Source of the DNA: Nitrosopumilus sp. | Lineage (GTDB): Archaea; Thermoproteota; Nitrososphaeria; Nitrososphaerales; Nitrosopumilaceae | Direction: 5' to 3' | NCBI GenBank assembly: GCA_965238275.1 | Contig: OZ250186.1 | Span: 1,568,001-1,632,000 of the forward strand | Length of the DNA: 64,000 nucleotides | Part shown: piece after piece, positions 33,143 to 41,653 of the stretch | How positions within the stretch are numbered: position 1 is the first letter of the stretch | Layout: every line of letters starts with the position of its first letter | Position numbers and translations under genes: made by a program | The notes under the pieces: model-generated | What the model was told of the DNA's origin: nothing | Databases searched by the model: none | Seen by the model: the letters and a program-made list of their open reading frames with translations, nothing else

Positions 33143-33251
33143 CCCCTCACCCCCGGCTGGGCAGCAGGTTGTTTCATGTCGGCCTCAAAGGCGGTGGGCT
33201 GCCATGATCCTGCAGCCCCTCACCCCCGGCTGGGCAGCAGGTTGTTTCATG
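33143..33251. repeat. Repeat-spacer-repeat unit (36-37-36 nt), mini-CRISPR-like
   Basis: CCCCTCACCCCCGGCTGGGCAGCAGGTTGTTTCATG at 33143-33178 and 33216-33251; spacer 33179-33215 matches the reverse complement of 3536-3572 at 33/37. Confidence 0.9.
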
Positions 33252-33363
33252 GGGGATGGGGAGGAATTTGCGCAAATATTGGAATGCCGTGCGCGACGTT
33301 TCCGCACTGCCGTGCACCGCCTCCATGTCTTTCACTCCGTCAGGCGGCTCGTGCCGCCCTGTC

Positions 33364-34569
33364 TCAGAGGCGCGCCCTTTTTTCGGCCAGCCTTTTGAGA
33401 AGGTCCGCGTCCCTGAGTTTTATTTCGTCCCACATCAGATCCTGGTTTACCATTCCCGCAATCGCGTTGAGCTCGTCGTTGTACTCCTCCTCGGTGCCGT
33501 CGTACGGGTCCGTCAGCCTCTTGTACTGCTTCAGTCTCCCGATAACGTGCTCTATGGCCACGCGGGAGCTGTTTACCCTCTTGTTGTAGGCGCGCTGCTT
33601 CTTTGTCAGGCCGCCGGTCTTTTTGTCGGCTCCACGCTTTTTCTTGTGCGGGTGCCTGATGTGCCATCCGGGATATTCCTCTCTTGTCCCTTGGTAGCCC
33701 TTGTCCATCAGGACGTCAGGCTTTTCCTCTTCGGGCACGTCCTTCTGGCCCATCCTTGCCGTAATGATTCCAAGGTTTGGCGGATCCTCGTTGAGCAGGG
33801 TCTTGTCGTGGACGCTGCCCGGAACAGTCTTGCTTATCGCCACTATCACGCGGCGCTTGTTGATCACGATGTTGGTATTGTACGTGTGCGCCTTCTTCTT
33901 GCCAGAGTACGTCTTTTTGCGCCTCTCCTTGTCCGCAGACCTTCTGACCCGGTTGTGCGTGCCGTCCACCATCAGTTCTCCTCCCCTCCTGCCGGGTATT
34001 ATCTTCTTGCTCTCCTCAAGCGTCCTGGCCTTTTGTACAGCCTCACTGATTTTGCGCGGCGCCGTGTCTGTCTCGTCGAGCAGCCTGGTCATCAGCGGAA
34101 GGTACCTGGAGACTGTGGCCTGGTCAACGCCAAACATCGTGGCAAGGGCTTCCTGCGGTATGCTCAGCCTTGCCCGAAACAGCCACAGCAGGTACGCGTG
34201 CCTCAGGGGCAGGATGCGCCTGCTCCCGGAGTTTTTCGATCTGCTCTTGATTTCAGAAAAGAGCGCAGTCTCCCCGTTCCGCTCCAAAAGATCCTTGAGG
34301 CGGTGCAGCGTGTGGTCAAACTTTTCCGGGGTGCGCAGCGTCATGGCGTGCAGGAATTCAGGATATTTTATGATGTCGTCGAGAAACCTCGACGTGACAG
34401 TCCAGTGATCAGTCAGGTGTTCCTCGAGGGCCTCGCTCTTCTGCCGGTCTGTCCTGCGCGCCTCCCTGAGGGCCCTGATCCTCTGCCGGTGGAATGCGCC
34501 CGACTCCCTGAGCGCCTCGTTTTCCTGTCGTATTCTCTGCACTGTCGGATCGACTAGCATTGCCATCAC
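33364..34569 (-). CDS. DDE_Tnp_4 transposase
   Basis: FGVDQATVSR, VDGTH, YSGKKKAH, GSVHD, DKGYQG, RVAIEHVIGRLK. Confidence 0.92.
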   Translation of the reverse strand: MMAMLVDPTVQRIRQENEALRESGAFHRQRIRALREARRTDRQKSEALEEHLTDHWTVTSRFLDDIIKYPEFLHAMTLRTPEKFDHTLHRLKDLLERNGETALFSEIKSRSKNSGSRRILPLRHAYLLWLFRARLSIPQEALATMFGVDQATVSRYLPLMTRLLDETDTAPRKISEAVQKARTLEESKKIIPGRRGGELMVDGTHNRVRRSADKERRKKTYSGKKKAHTYNTNIVINKRRVIVAISKTVPGSVHDKTLLNEDPPNLGIITARMGQKDVPEEEKPDVLMDKGYQGTREEYPGWHIRHPHKKKRGADKKTGGLTKKQRAYNKRVNSSRVAIEHVIGRLKQYKRLTDPYDGTEEEYNDELNAIAGMVNQDLMWDEIKLRDADLLKRLAEKRARL

Positions 34570-34736
34570 GGTGTGGCGTAAAAATCTCCGATCTTAACGT
34601 TTCGATTATCCTTCTTGGATTGGCATGTTTTACGGTTCCGTGGATATTCGGCCGTATGTGGTGCTGCACGTGGGAATAACCCAATTTAATTCAGTTTTTT
34701 AAGTCAGGCACATTCTGCATGAGATCTAAACATAAG

Positions 34737-35129
34737 TCACGGTGCCCGATACCCCATTTTTATCATCATCTTGCCAACAGTTTTTGCAACATCGGAACAC
34801 ATGGATTTTACCAGAGACAGGTCCAAATTGGATTCATAGAAATTCCGATGTAACATGCTTGCAAGTGAAAAAGAATGAAAAATTTCCTCGTCACGCTCCT
34901 CTTTGGATAATGTTCCGGCAAATTTCCCTAGGTCTCGATGGCTATTGATCGCTTTATTTTTTTTTGCGGCAACCGTTTTAAGCACGCAGGACATGGCACC
35001 CCACATCATTTCACTGGCCTTGTGATAATCTTTTGATTTCAAGTATTTTTCTGCGTTATGACTATAGTGCAAAACCATGCCGGCGTATTTGTCCGCCTCA
35101 TTTTTTGCAGCATCAATCTGGGCAGACAT
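34737..35129 (-). CDS. PaREP1/HEPN-like protein
   Basis: AEKYL..KASEMMWGA, SHRDL, LHRNFYE. Confidence 0.75.
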   Translation of the reverse strand: MSAQIDAAKNEADKYAGMVLHYSHNAEKYLKSKDYHKASEMMWGAMSCVLKTVAAKKNKAINSHRDLGKFAGTLSKEERDEEIFHSFSLASMLHRNFYESNLDLSLVKSMCSDVAKTVGKMMIKMGYRAP

Positions 35130-35356
35130 CAGTCATCATCTTCTTCATCTACATCTATGTTGGCATATCCTGTAATTTTTCCAGAGTTTGCATTAACTTT
35201 TATCTCTTTTAGTTGCTGTCTCAAAAAACCAACATCAAAGACAAGATACCAGGTGCCATTTTTCAAACTTGATGATTCCAAATTCATTGTGTCGTGGCGT
35301 TCCCCAAGAAACTCTTCTGCCTTTTGTATTGCATCTTCCATATCATATTCTGCCAT
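35129..35356 (-). CDS. Small acidic protein (PepSY-like pattern), coupled to the PaREP1 gene
   Basis: AIQKAEEFL...WYLVF...IKVNANSGKI; stop overlaps the next ATG. Confidence 0.65.
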   Translation of the reverse strand: MAEYDMEDAIQKAEEFLGERHDTMNLESSSLKNGTWYLVFDVGFLRQQLKEIKVNANSGKITGYANIDVDEEDDD

Positions 35357-35400
35357 AGATTAAACTATGAAATGATAGAATAAATTCTTTGCTCATACAG

Positions 35401-36692
35401 CAGTCTTCCCAGAAGTAGCTCAGGGTAGCACCGGCGGCGGGGGTTCCGGCGGCTCTTTGTAGCCAAATACGATCAGCAACAGCAGCATGTCCCTGAGATC
35501 CTGCTGGGTAATCAGGGGATCCTTGGAATAAATCCCGGTAACGTGCATCAGCGTGGCGTTTGCCATTACCCAAGCGTTAAAGACGGCTACAGAGTATACA
35601 AAGCACAAAAGTCGCGCCACCGGATTCTTGCTGTGCGTCTTGGCCCTTGTGTTTTCTATCATCCGGTATCCCGTCTCTATGCCCCACCTGTTCCCGTACG
35701 AGTCCGGATCCACGTCGGGGACGTTGGTGGCAAACCCGATGTATTTCTCGTGCGGTAGCAGCTCGCCGTCGTCCTTTCTTTTCTTCCTCTTCTTCCTTTC
35801 TGTGATGGTCATCGTATACGACACCTCCTTGCCATCGCCCCCGACGATGACGGATTTAGAGACGCGGCTGCGCCTGCCTGTAGCAAACTCTGCGATGGCA
35901 TCCACCACCGTATCTGTATTCTTGCATGGTATCAGATATTTGATGCCCATGTCCCCAAGCGTCCCCATTACATCTGCCGTAAAGAACTCCCTGTCCAGCA
36001 TTGCAGTTCCGATGCAGGCCCCCGCATCCTGTGCAGAGCCGATGATTTTACGCACGAAATCGGCAGTATCCTCAAGTGACGGCATGTTCAGGACACCTAG
36101 CACGAAGCGAAAGTTCTGAACCGTGGACTGTATCGTGATGTACCTCTCAAAGACGTGCGTCCCGTCCTTGGCCTTTGAGCGCACCAGTTCTGCCCCGTAG
36201 CTCTTGTCGTATCTGGGTATCAGGTGCATGTCGATTGCCACGTCAATCTCCTGGCCTTTCTTGAGCAGTCCCATCCCGCGCATCTGGTCAAGCTGCAGGA
36301 CGACTGTCTTGGCAAAGCATTTGTAGACGTCGCTGCCACGCGTCCTGGATGCCGCATCGCGCATCCACTCATCACTTGGGCGTGAGTCCCCGTCTGCACC
36401 GCCGATTCTCTTGGAGGATCTGGCGCATCCTGCCACCTGCCTGCCGTGCGCACACGCGCCTGCCATGCTCCTGTGAAAATCCTCGGTGCCGTAGATGGTA
36501 TTGTGCCTGTGTGAGACCATGATGCACGGGGACATGCCTGCCCCTACCGTGTCTAGGACATCTTGATATATGCGTGGGTTGTTAAGCAAGTCGCGTCTCA
36601 GTTGGTTCATTGGTAGTTCGATGACCTTCTGAGATTGCCCTAATTGATCTGTTTTGGTTTTGGGCTGTTTTCAGGTACTTCTGGGAAGACTG
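35401..36692 (-). mobile_element. ISH3-like insertion sequence
   Basis: Perfect 17-bp TIR CAGTCTTCCCAGAAGTA; 5-bp TSD TACAG at 35396-400 and 36693-97. Confidence 0.92.
35420..36610 (-). CDS. ISH3/IS4-like DDE transposase
   Basis: AIDMHLIPRY, LDREFF, Y..RWGIETGYR. Confidence 0.9.
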   Translation of the reverse strand: MNQLRRDLLNNPRIYQDVLDTVGAGMSPCIMVSHRHNTIYGTEDFHRSMAGACAHGRQVAGCARSSKRIGGADGDSRPSDEWMRDAASRTRGSDVYKCFAKTVVLQLDQMRGMGLLKKGQEIDVAIDMHLIPRYDKSYGAELVRSKAKDGTHVFERYITIQSTVQNFRFVLGVLNMPSLEDTADFVRKIIGSAQDAGACIGTAMLDREFFTADVMGTLGDMGIKYLIPCKNTDTVVDAIAEFATGRRSRVSKSVIVGGDGKEVSYTMTITERKKRKKRKDDGELLPHEKYIGFATNVPDVDPDSYGNRWGIETGYRMIENTRAKTHSKNPVARLLCFVYSVAVFNAWVMANATLMHVTGIYSKDPLITQQDLRDMLLLLIVFGYKEPPEPPPPVLP

Positions 36693-36697
36693 TACAG

Positions 36698-36828
36698 CAG
36701 ATAACCCAGATGTGATTCATTCTGGTAAACTTTCAATGCGAACAAGACTACGGAGTCTCTTGCTAAGCATCATATCGTCGGAACCATCGCCCGATCCTGT
36801 CGCACCGTGATCACATTTGGGTTATCTG
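36698..36828. mobile_element. 131-bp MITE-like element
   Basis: TIR CAGATAACCCA(G/A)ATGTGAT (18/19); diverged second copy at 38002-38123. Confidence 0.7.
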
Positions 36829-36913
36829 TTAACCTGGCTCAGGGCAGATGAACGGCAGAACCCATGCCGGTTAAACCGGTCTTCCCCTTTTACGCTGGCC
36901 AAACCCGTGCTGC

Positions 36914-37132
36914 ATGGCATGCAAGCATTGCGGCGGGCCAGTCGAGCGCGGCGGCAACCGGATGTGCCGGGCCTGCAGCATCAGAAAACGCGCCTGCATG
37001 CGCTGCGGGAATAAGCCGCATTATACCGGACACGGCAGCTCGTACTATGAGGAGAAGTGCTTCCGCGAACTGTTCGGCAAGTGTGGCAAGTGCGGTGCCA
37101 CGTGGTGCCGGCATCGCGAGTTCGGTTCCTGA
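36914..37132 (+). CDS. Small multi-CxxC Cys-rich protein
   Basis: CKHC, CRAC, CMRC and CGKC within 72 aa. Confidence 0.4.
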   Translation: MACKHCGGPVERGGNRMCRACSIRKRACMRCGNKPHYTGHGSSYYEEKCFRELFGKCGKCGATWCRHREFGS

Positions 37133-37386
37133 TGCCGCGGACCGGCGCCTGCATGCGCTTAAAACATGTATTTTGGCAAACCATCGTTCCATGTCCCGAC
37201 ACCCCCGATGGAATCATGCCTGGATAACACTGGCATCCAAGGCCAGAACGGGGCGCGTTCTGACAGACAACACATTGCCCATGTTGCCGGACACATTCCT
37301 GGTGCCCATAACACGCTGAAGTCGCACTTTCCACGTCAGCATGCACTTTATGGGCACCGAGAGCATCATGACTGTGTTTTCAATTA

Positions 37387-37842
37387 TCATGCAATCCAGT
37401 GACCAAATGAAAAATACCTGCCTTTGTATTCCATCAAATGCCCCGGAACGTTTTCTTGCAACCACCCTGCATGTTTTCGGGCTTCATACTCTGACATGCT
37501 AATCATAACTCTGATATCCTCGCCCCTCTGGTTCATCCAGTACGAATTAAAACCTGAATCAAACAGTACAAAACCATCATCATGCAACGGAAATTCTTGT
37601 TTTAGGGCAATCTCCAACATCCCTCGAATTCTGGGAACTTCATCAAGGTCCGTTTCAGTCATTGTGGTTACCGGTCCCATGTGTTGTCTGGTTATGATTT
37701 TTTGAGGATCTGTCTCTTTGTAGTAAGTCATGGAAATTCCTTCCACATATGGAGAATATCCGTTTGCAACTATGAACAGGTAAAATAAAAGTACTGCAAC
37801 TGCTGCTACAGTCAGAATTGTGATTTTGTTTCTTGTTTTCAT
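37387..37842 (-). CDS. Hypothetical membrane-anchored protein
   Basis: MKTRNK plus TM helix, followed by a soluble domain. Confidence 0.65.
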   Translation of the reverse strand: MKTRNKITILTVAAVAVLLFYLFIVANGYSPYVEGISMTYYKETDPQKIITRQHMGPVTTMTETDLDEVPRIRGMLEIALKQEFPLHDDGFVLFDSGFNSYWMNQRGEDIRVMISMSEYEARKHAGWLQENVPGHLMEYKGRYFSFGHWIA

Positions 37843-38001
37843 TCTGCCACCATGTGCGTGTTTTTCACCTGTTGGTTTGCAGCGTACAATATGACCCAAA
37901 TGCCAAAGAGACAGTCAGAACAAAAAACAGCGCCTGCCAAAACGACGATTTTCATCTTCAATACATGATTGAGTATGCGGATTAAACTGTCACTGTCCCT
38001 T

Positions 38002-38123
38002 CAGATAACCCAGATGTGACTCATTCTGGTAAACTTTCAACGCGAACAAGACCATGGCGTCTCTTGCCAAGCATCATATCGCCGGAACCACCACCAGATC
38101 CTGTCGCACCGTGATCACATTTG
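38002..38123. repeat. Second, right-truncated copy of the MITE-like element
   Basis: Colinear with 36698-36819 with scattered substitutions; lacks the terminal GGTTATCTG. Confidence 0.75.
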
Positions 38124-38296
38124 AATACATGTAAACATCCTCCCCTGTTGCCGTTTTCGGAACGTGGGCAGGAATTCTCTCGGATCATTTCGATCATGAC
38201 CCCTCTCAGGTGGGATATCTCAACTTTGTTTGCAAGTTTGCCGTACTGCCAGTACCCCAATGGGCCAAATAATGCCAAATGCTCCATTTGTTTTTG

Positions 38297-39007
38297 TCAT
38301 TGGCTTACGGAAAATAACATGTTTACTCCGAAATAAACCAGTGCCAGGCTTAGCCCGAACACAATTATCTTCAAACTTCGGCTTGAAAGTATCTTTGCCC
38401 CTTTTGATGCAAGATGTGCGACAATGCCCAGCCAGGCAAAATCCATCCAGATATGTAGCGCAAACAAAACCAGAACACAATTATCTTCAAACTTCGGCTT
38501 GAAAGTATCTTTGCCCCTTTTGATGCAAGATGTGCGACAATGCCCAGCCAGGCAAAATCCATCCATGCCACCAAATGCCCAGATTAATAATGCATCCGAA
38601 ATTAGCTTAAATCCGATGGTAATCCACCAGATTATAAAAAATGGGTTTAGTCCGCTAAGAGCCATTCCTGCAACCAGGGGGCTCCTCCTTGAATCCGTGA
38701 CAAAATTCCCACCGTTCCCAAACAATGCCCTGATCTGCATGCCTGCAAACACAAAAAGGAAGGCTGCCCCCAGAATTGAAATTACTACCCTGTACTCTGA
38801 AAATGATTCAAGCGAGACTGCCCCAATACCCAGTATTATGACTATGGGAAATTCGACAATTGCATGTCCGACTGCCATCTTGAGGCCTGCCCTCATGCCC
38901 CCCTTTAGCCCGTATGAGATGCTTGCCACAAAGAGTGGTCCCGGCGCCATCACGCCTGATGCTGAAACCACTACTACCAGCACTACAAACTCTAGAACCT
39001 GGGTCAT
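38297..39007 (-). CDS. LysE-family transporter carrying a 90-nt in-frame templated insertion
   Basis: SGVMAPGPL, GHAIVE, NPFFIIWW; 93-bp duplicate at 38357-38449 and 38473-38565. Confidence 0.85.
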   Translation of the reverse strand: MTQVLEFVVLVVVVSASGVMAPGPLFVASISYGLKGGMRAGLKMAVGHAIVEFPIVIILGIGAVSLESFSEYRVVISILGAAFLFVFAGMQIRALFGNGGNFVTDSRRSPLVAGMALSGLNPFFIIWWITIGFKLISDALLIWAFGGMDGFCLAGHCRTSCIKRGKDTFKPKFEDNCVLVLFALHIWMDFAWLGIVAHLASKGAKILSSRSLKIIVFGLSLALVYFGVNMLFSVSQ

Positions 39008-39058
39008 TATTCCCCGAAATAAGTAATCAAGAGGAATTCCGCCTTGGCCAAACCGTAT

Positions 39059-39997
39059 CTACTTTAGCCTTGCAGCCAGTGCAGCATAGATAAACGGCAG
39101 TATCGTTGTTGCCTCTGCGTGAAGCGTAGCCTGTTTTGCTTCCTGCGTCACCTTTCCCCAGGATATTGCCTCCTTGACAAGTGCCCCGCTGAGACTTCCG
39201 TCAAACTCCTGTGCAGTTGTTATGTAGAATGCATAATCAAGTCCGTCCCTGTACTGATTCCACCACATCGTATGGTGTTTTGAGAGTCCCCCCCCAATCA
39301 TGAACGCTCCCGATTTTTCCGCCTTAAAGACCAGCCCTGAAAGAAGATTCGCATCCCCTATCATGTCTATCTTGAAATCATTATGCTTCTGCGTGAACAG
39401 CCATATCTGGCTCCCGACTGCCCCGTCCATAATTCCGGGCACTACCACGCTGATATTGTTTTTGTATGCCCAATAAAGAAAAGAGTCCTCTGCCATATGC
39501 CTTCCAATCATTTTGCATATCTGCGCCGTAGTCATCTCCCTTGTTCCGTTTTGATACTCCTCCTCCAGAAATGCCTGCATCTTCTCTTCTATGACCGGGC
39601 CGTAGCTGCTCATGGGCACCAGTACGTTTCCCAACCTGTGAATCTCCTGCTCTGCCAGTTCCCCGTCGTCCATTGTAAACGAGCCTTCCTTGTAGTGTGA
39701 AAAATGTCTTGCAATGTCATGATCCAGCGCCCCGCAGGTCGTCACCACCACATCAAACCATCCGTTTTTTATCATGTCCCTGATGATCCCCCTCAGGCCA
39801 GTTGATACCACTGCCCCAATAAACGAGAGAAACTTGAGACAGTTCTCCTGCGGAATCATCTCCCCAAGAATCTCCAGCCCGTCTGACAGGTTTACCGATT
39901 CGAATCCTCCCGACTGGGACAACTCCTCAAATATTTTTAATATTGGAGTATCTGAATTGATCTCAATGTCCTTGACTGGTCGGCCCGGCTCTATCAT
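39059..39997 (-). CDS. dys: Deoxyhypusine synthase
   Basis: STGLRG, HRLGNV, GGGLSKHH, DGSLSGA..EAISWGK, EAT. Confidence 0.95.
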   Translation of the reverse strand: MIEPGRPVKDIEINSDTPILKIFEELSQSGGFESVNLSDGLEILGEMIPQENCLKFLSFIGAVVSTGLRGIIRDMIKNGWFDVVVTTCGALDHDIARHFSHYKEGSFTMDDGELAEQEIHRLGNVLVPMSSYGPVIEEKMQAFLEEEYQNGTREMTTAQICKMIGRHMAEDSFLYWAYKNNISVVVPGIMDGAVGSQIWLFTQKHNDFKIDMIGDANLLSGLVFKAEKSGAFMIGGGLSKHHTMWWNQYRDGLDYAFYITTAQEFDGSLSGALVKEAISWGKVTQEAKQATLHAEATTILPFIYAALAARLK

Positions 39998-40112
39998 GCC
40001 CATATTCGCTGAGGCCGTGTATAAAACTCTGTCTTGGTCTGCTATAGTGAAAAGCGAAAGTTCATGCAATTTTTTGAGATCCTTTTTAAGAAAATAAATC
40101 CCAACTACAGAT

Positions 40113-41544
40113 ATGATTGTCAGTAAAATCATCAAGATAACACAATCTCGGGAACTGACGCAAGATCGTGAAATGCTCCCGGGAAACTGACATCGTTTAC
40201 GACATGACAATCATGATGAAACTTGCACACTCACGGATCACACAGTTTGACATCAACAACCTGATAACAGAATGGCGCAGGGAATTCGGCCTGACCTGCA
40301 GCGTCCGCATGCATGAGGCCGCCTCAAAACATGCTTTCCAGGCGGCAGTCAAATTCCGCAAGGCAAACCTGCTCAAGCACAGCAAGCGCATCTGGCGCAA
40401 GAAACAGATCAAGCTGGGGAAAAAGAAAACGTACAAGCACAACAGGTGGACCGAGCCGTCCAGCCTGATGAGGCGCGGCAGGAAAACAACCAGGCTGCGC
40501 TCGCTGAATTCACGCGGAAAGCCAAAACTGCGGGACGACGGCACCATATTTCTGCCCGGACTCGGGGAGGTAAGGCCACGCACGAGGGTTCCAGAAGGCA
40601 GACCAGTGTCATTCCAGATGATTGATATCACAGGCAAGGTCACGCGCAAGACCAGGGATGGTGATCGCGAATTCAAACTGCATTTGCAGATAGAAGTCCC
40701 AGATACCGAACCCGCTACAGGCGGATGCAAGGCAGGACTAGATCTTGGAGTCAGGCACCTTGCGGCAGTCGCAGACGAGCATGGGAACGAAAGGCTGTAC
40801 GATGTCCCCGGAGGCTGCAAGAGGCATGACGGCGACAGGATTGATCATCTGAAATCGCTCAGATCAAGATGCCAGGCAGGCTCCAGAAGGTGAAAAGAGA
40901 TCGGGCGCAGGATAGCGCATGAATTGAAAAAAATATCCGACAGGCAAAAACACAACGAGGCAGACATTGCCAGGCGGATAACAAAAGGACTGTCCGTATT
41001 GTTCCTGGAAGACCTGGATTTGACCAGGATGAGGAGATCCAACGGGGCCGCCCCAAAGACGGGACTGAACCGCGAGATGGCCTATTCCAGAATGGGCGAG
41101 TTTCGGAATCAGGTTGAATGGCAGATGAAAAAGAGGGGCGGAATTACAAAACGCGTGGAATCCGCACATACAAGCCAGAGATGCGCTGCCTGCCAAATAG
41201 TGGACAAAAAGTCCAGAAACGGCGAATCATTTGTCTGCACCCCATGCGGATGGTGCCACCATGCCGACAAGAACGCGGCAAAAAACATTTTGGATAATGA
41301 CTGTCTCCATACGGAGGAGACTGGCGGCCAAGCCCACGGGAATCGTGGAGGCACCATTGCAGGTGTCGAGGTCGTCACAAGGCGCGAGGATCACGGATCG
41401 GATGGTTCTGGAATGAACGATTCGACAAGCCGGCTTGGACCCGACAGCGACGACAATATTGGAAGGTCTGACAGAGCGCCGGAAAGAGCACCAGGACATG
41501 CTACAGAGAGATCTGTTTGCACAAACTTTTGCTCGCCGCTATAG
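40113..41544 (+). pseudogene. tnpB: TnpB (IS200/IS605/IS607-type RNA-guided nuclease) with an in-frame TGA and an N-terminal frameshift
   Basis: RuvC-I GLDLGVRHL, RuvC-II LEDL, TSQRCAAC..CTPCG, RuvC-III ADKNAAKNI; the two ORFs share a frame across TGA 40891-93. Confidence 0.88.
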
Positions 41545-41653
41545 AGACGAGGTTCCAAACCTGCGTGCAGTCACACAATCCGGGGATCGCAGGCACGACA
41601 TATCTTATTCTTCAATGGGTATAGACGCAAATGGGCAGCCAGCCACCCGTGTG

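Larger units (their letters stand above)
32953..34727 (-). mobile_element. IS5-like (DDE_Tnp_4) insertion sequence with a ~410-bp 3' non-coding region
   Basis: TIR AGATC(CT/TC)ATGCAGAATGTGCCTGAC (23/25); AAA on both flanks (probable 3-bp TSD). Confidence 0.88.

Noticed and set aside
33256-34557. 433-aa plus-strand ORF as a possible effector for the mini-array
   Set aside because: It is antisense to the transposase, with no nuclease or Cas motifs
39998-40210. N-terminal extension of Dys in the ORF track
   Set aside because: Homology starts at MIEPGRPV; the extension overlaps promoter DNA and the tnpB start. The same applies to the SDR extension 20937-21128
40891-40893. In-frame TGA in tnpB as recoding (Sec/Trp)
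   Set aside because: Other genes here end in TGA and tnpB also has a frameshift; a nonsense mutation is simpler
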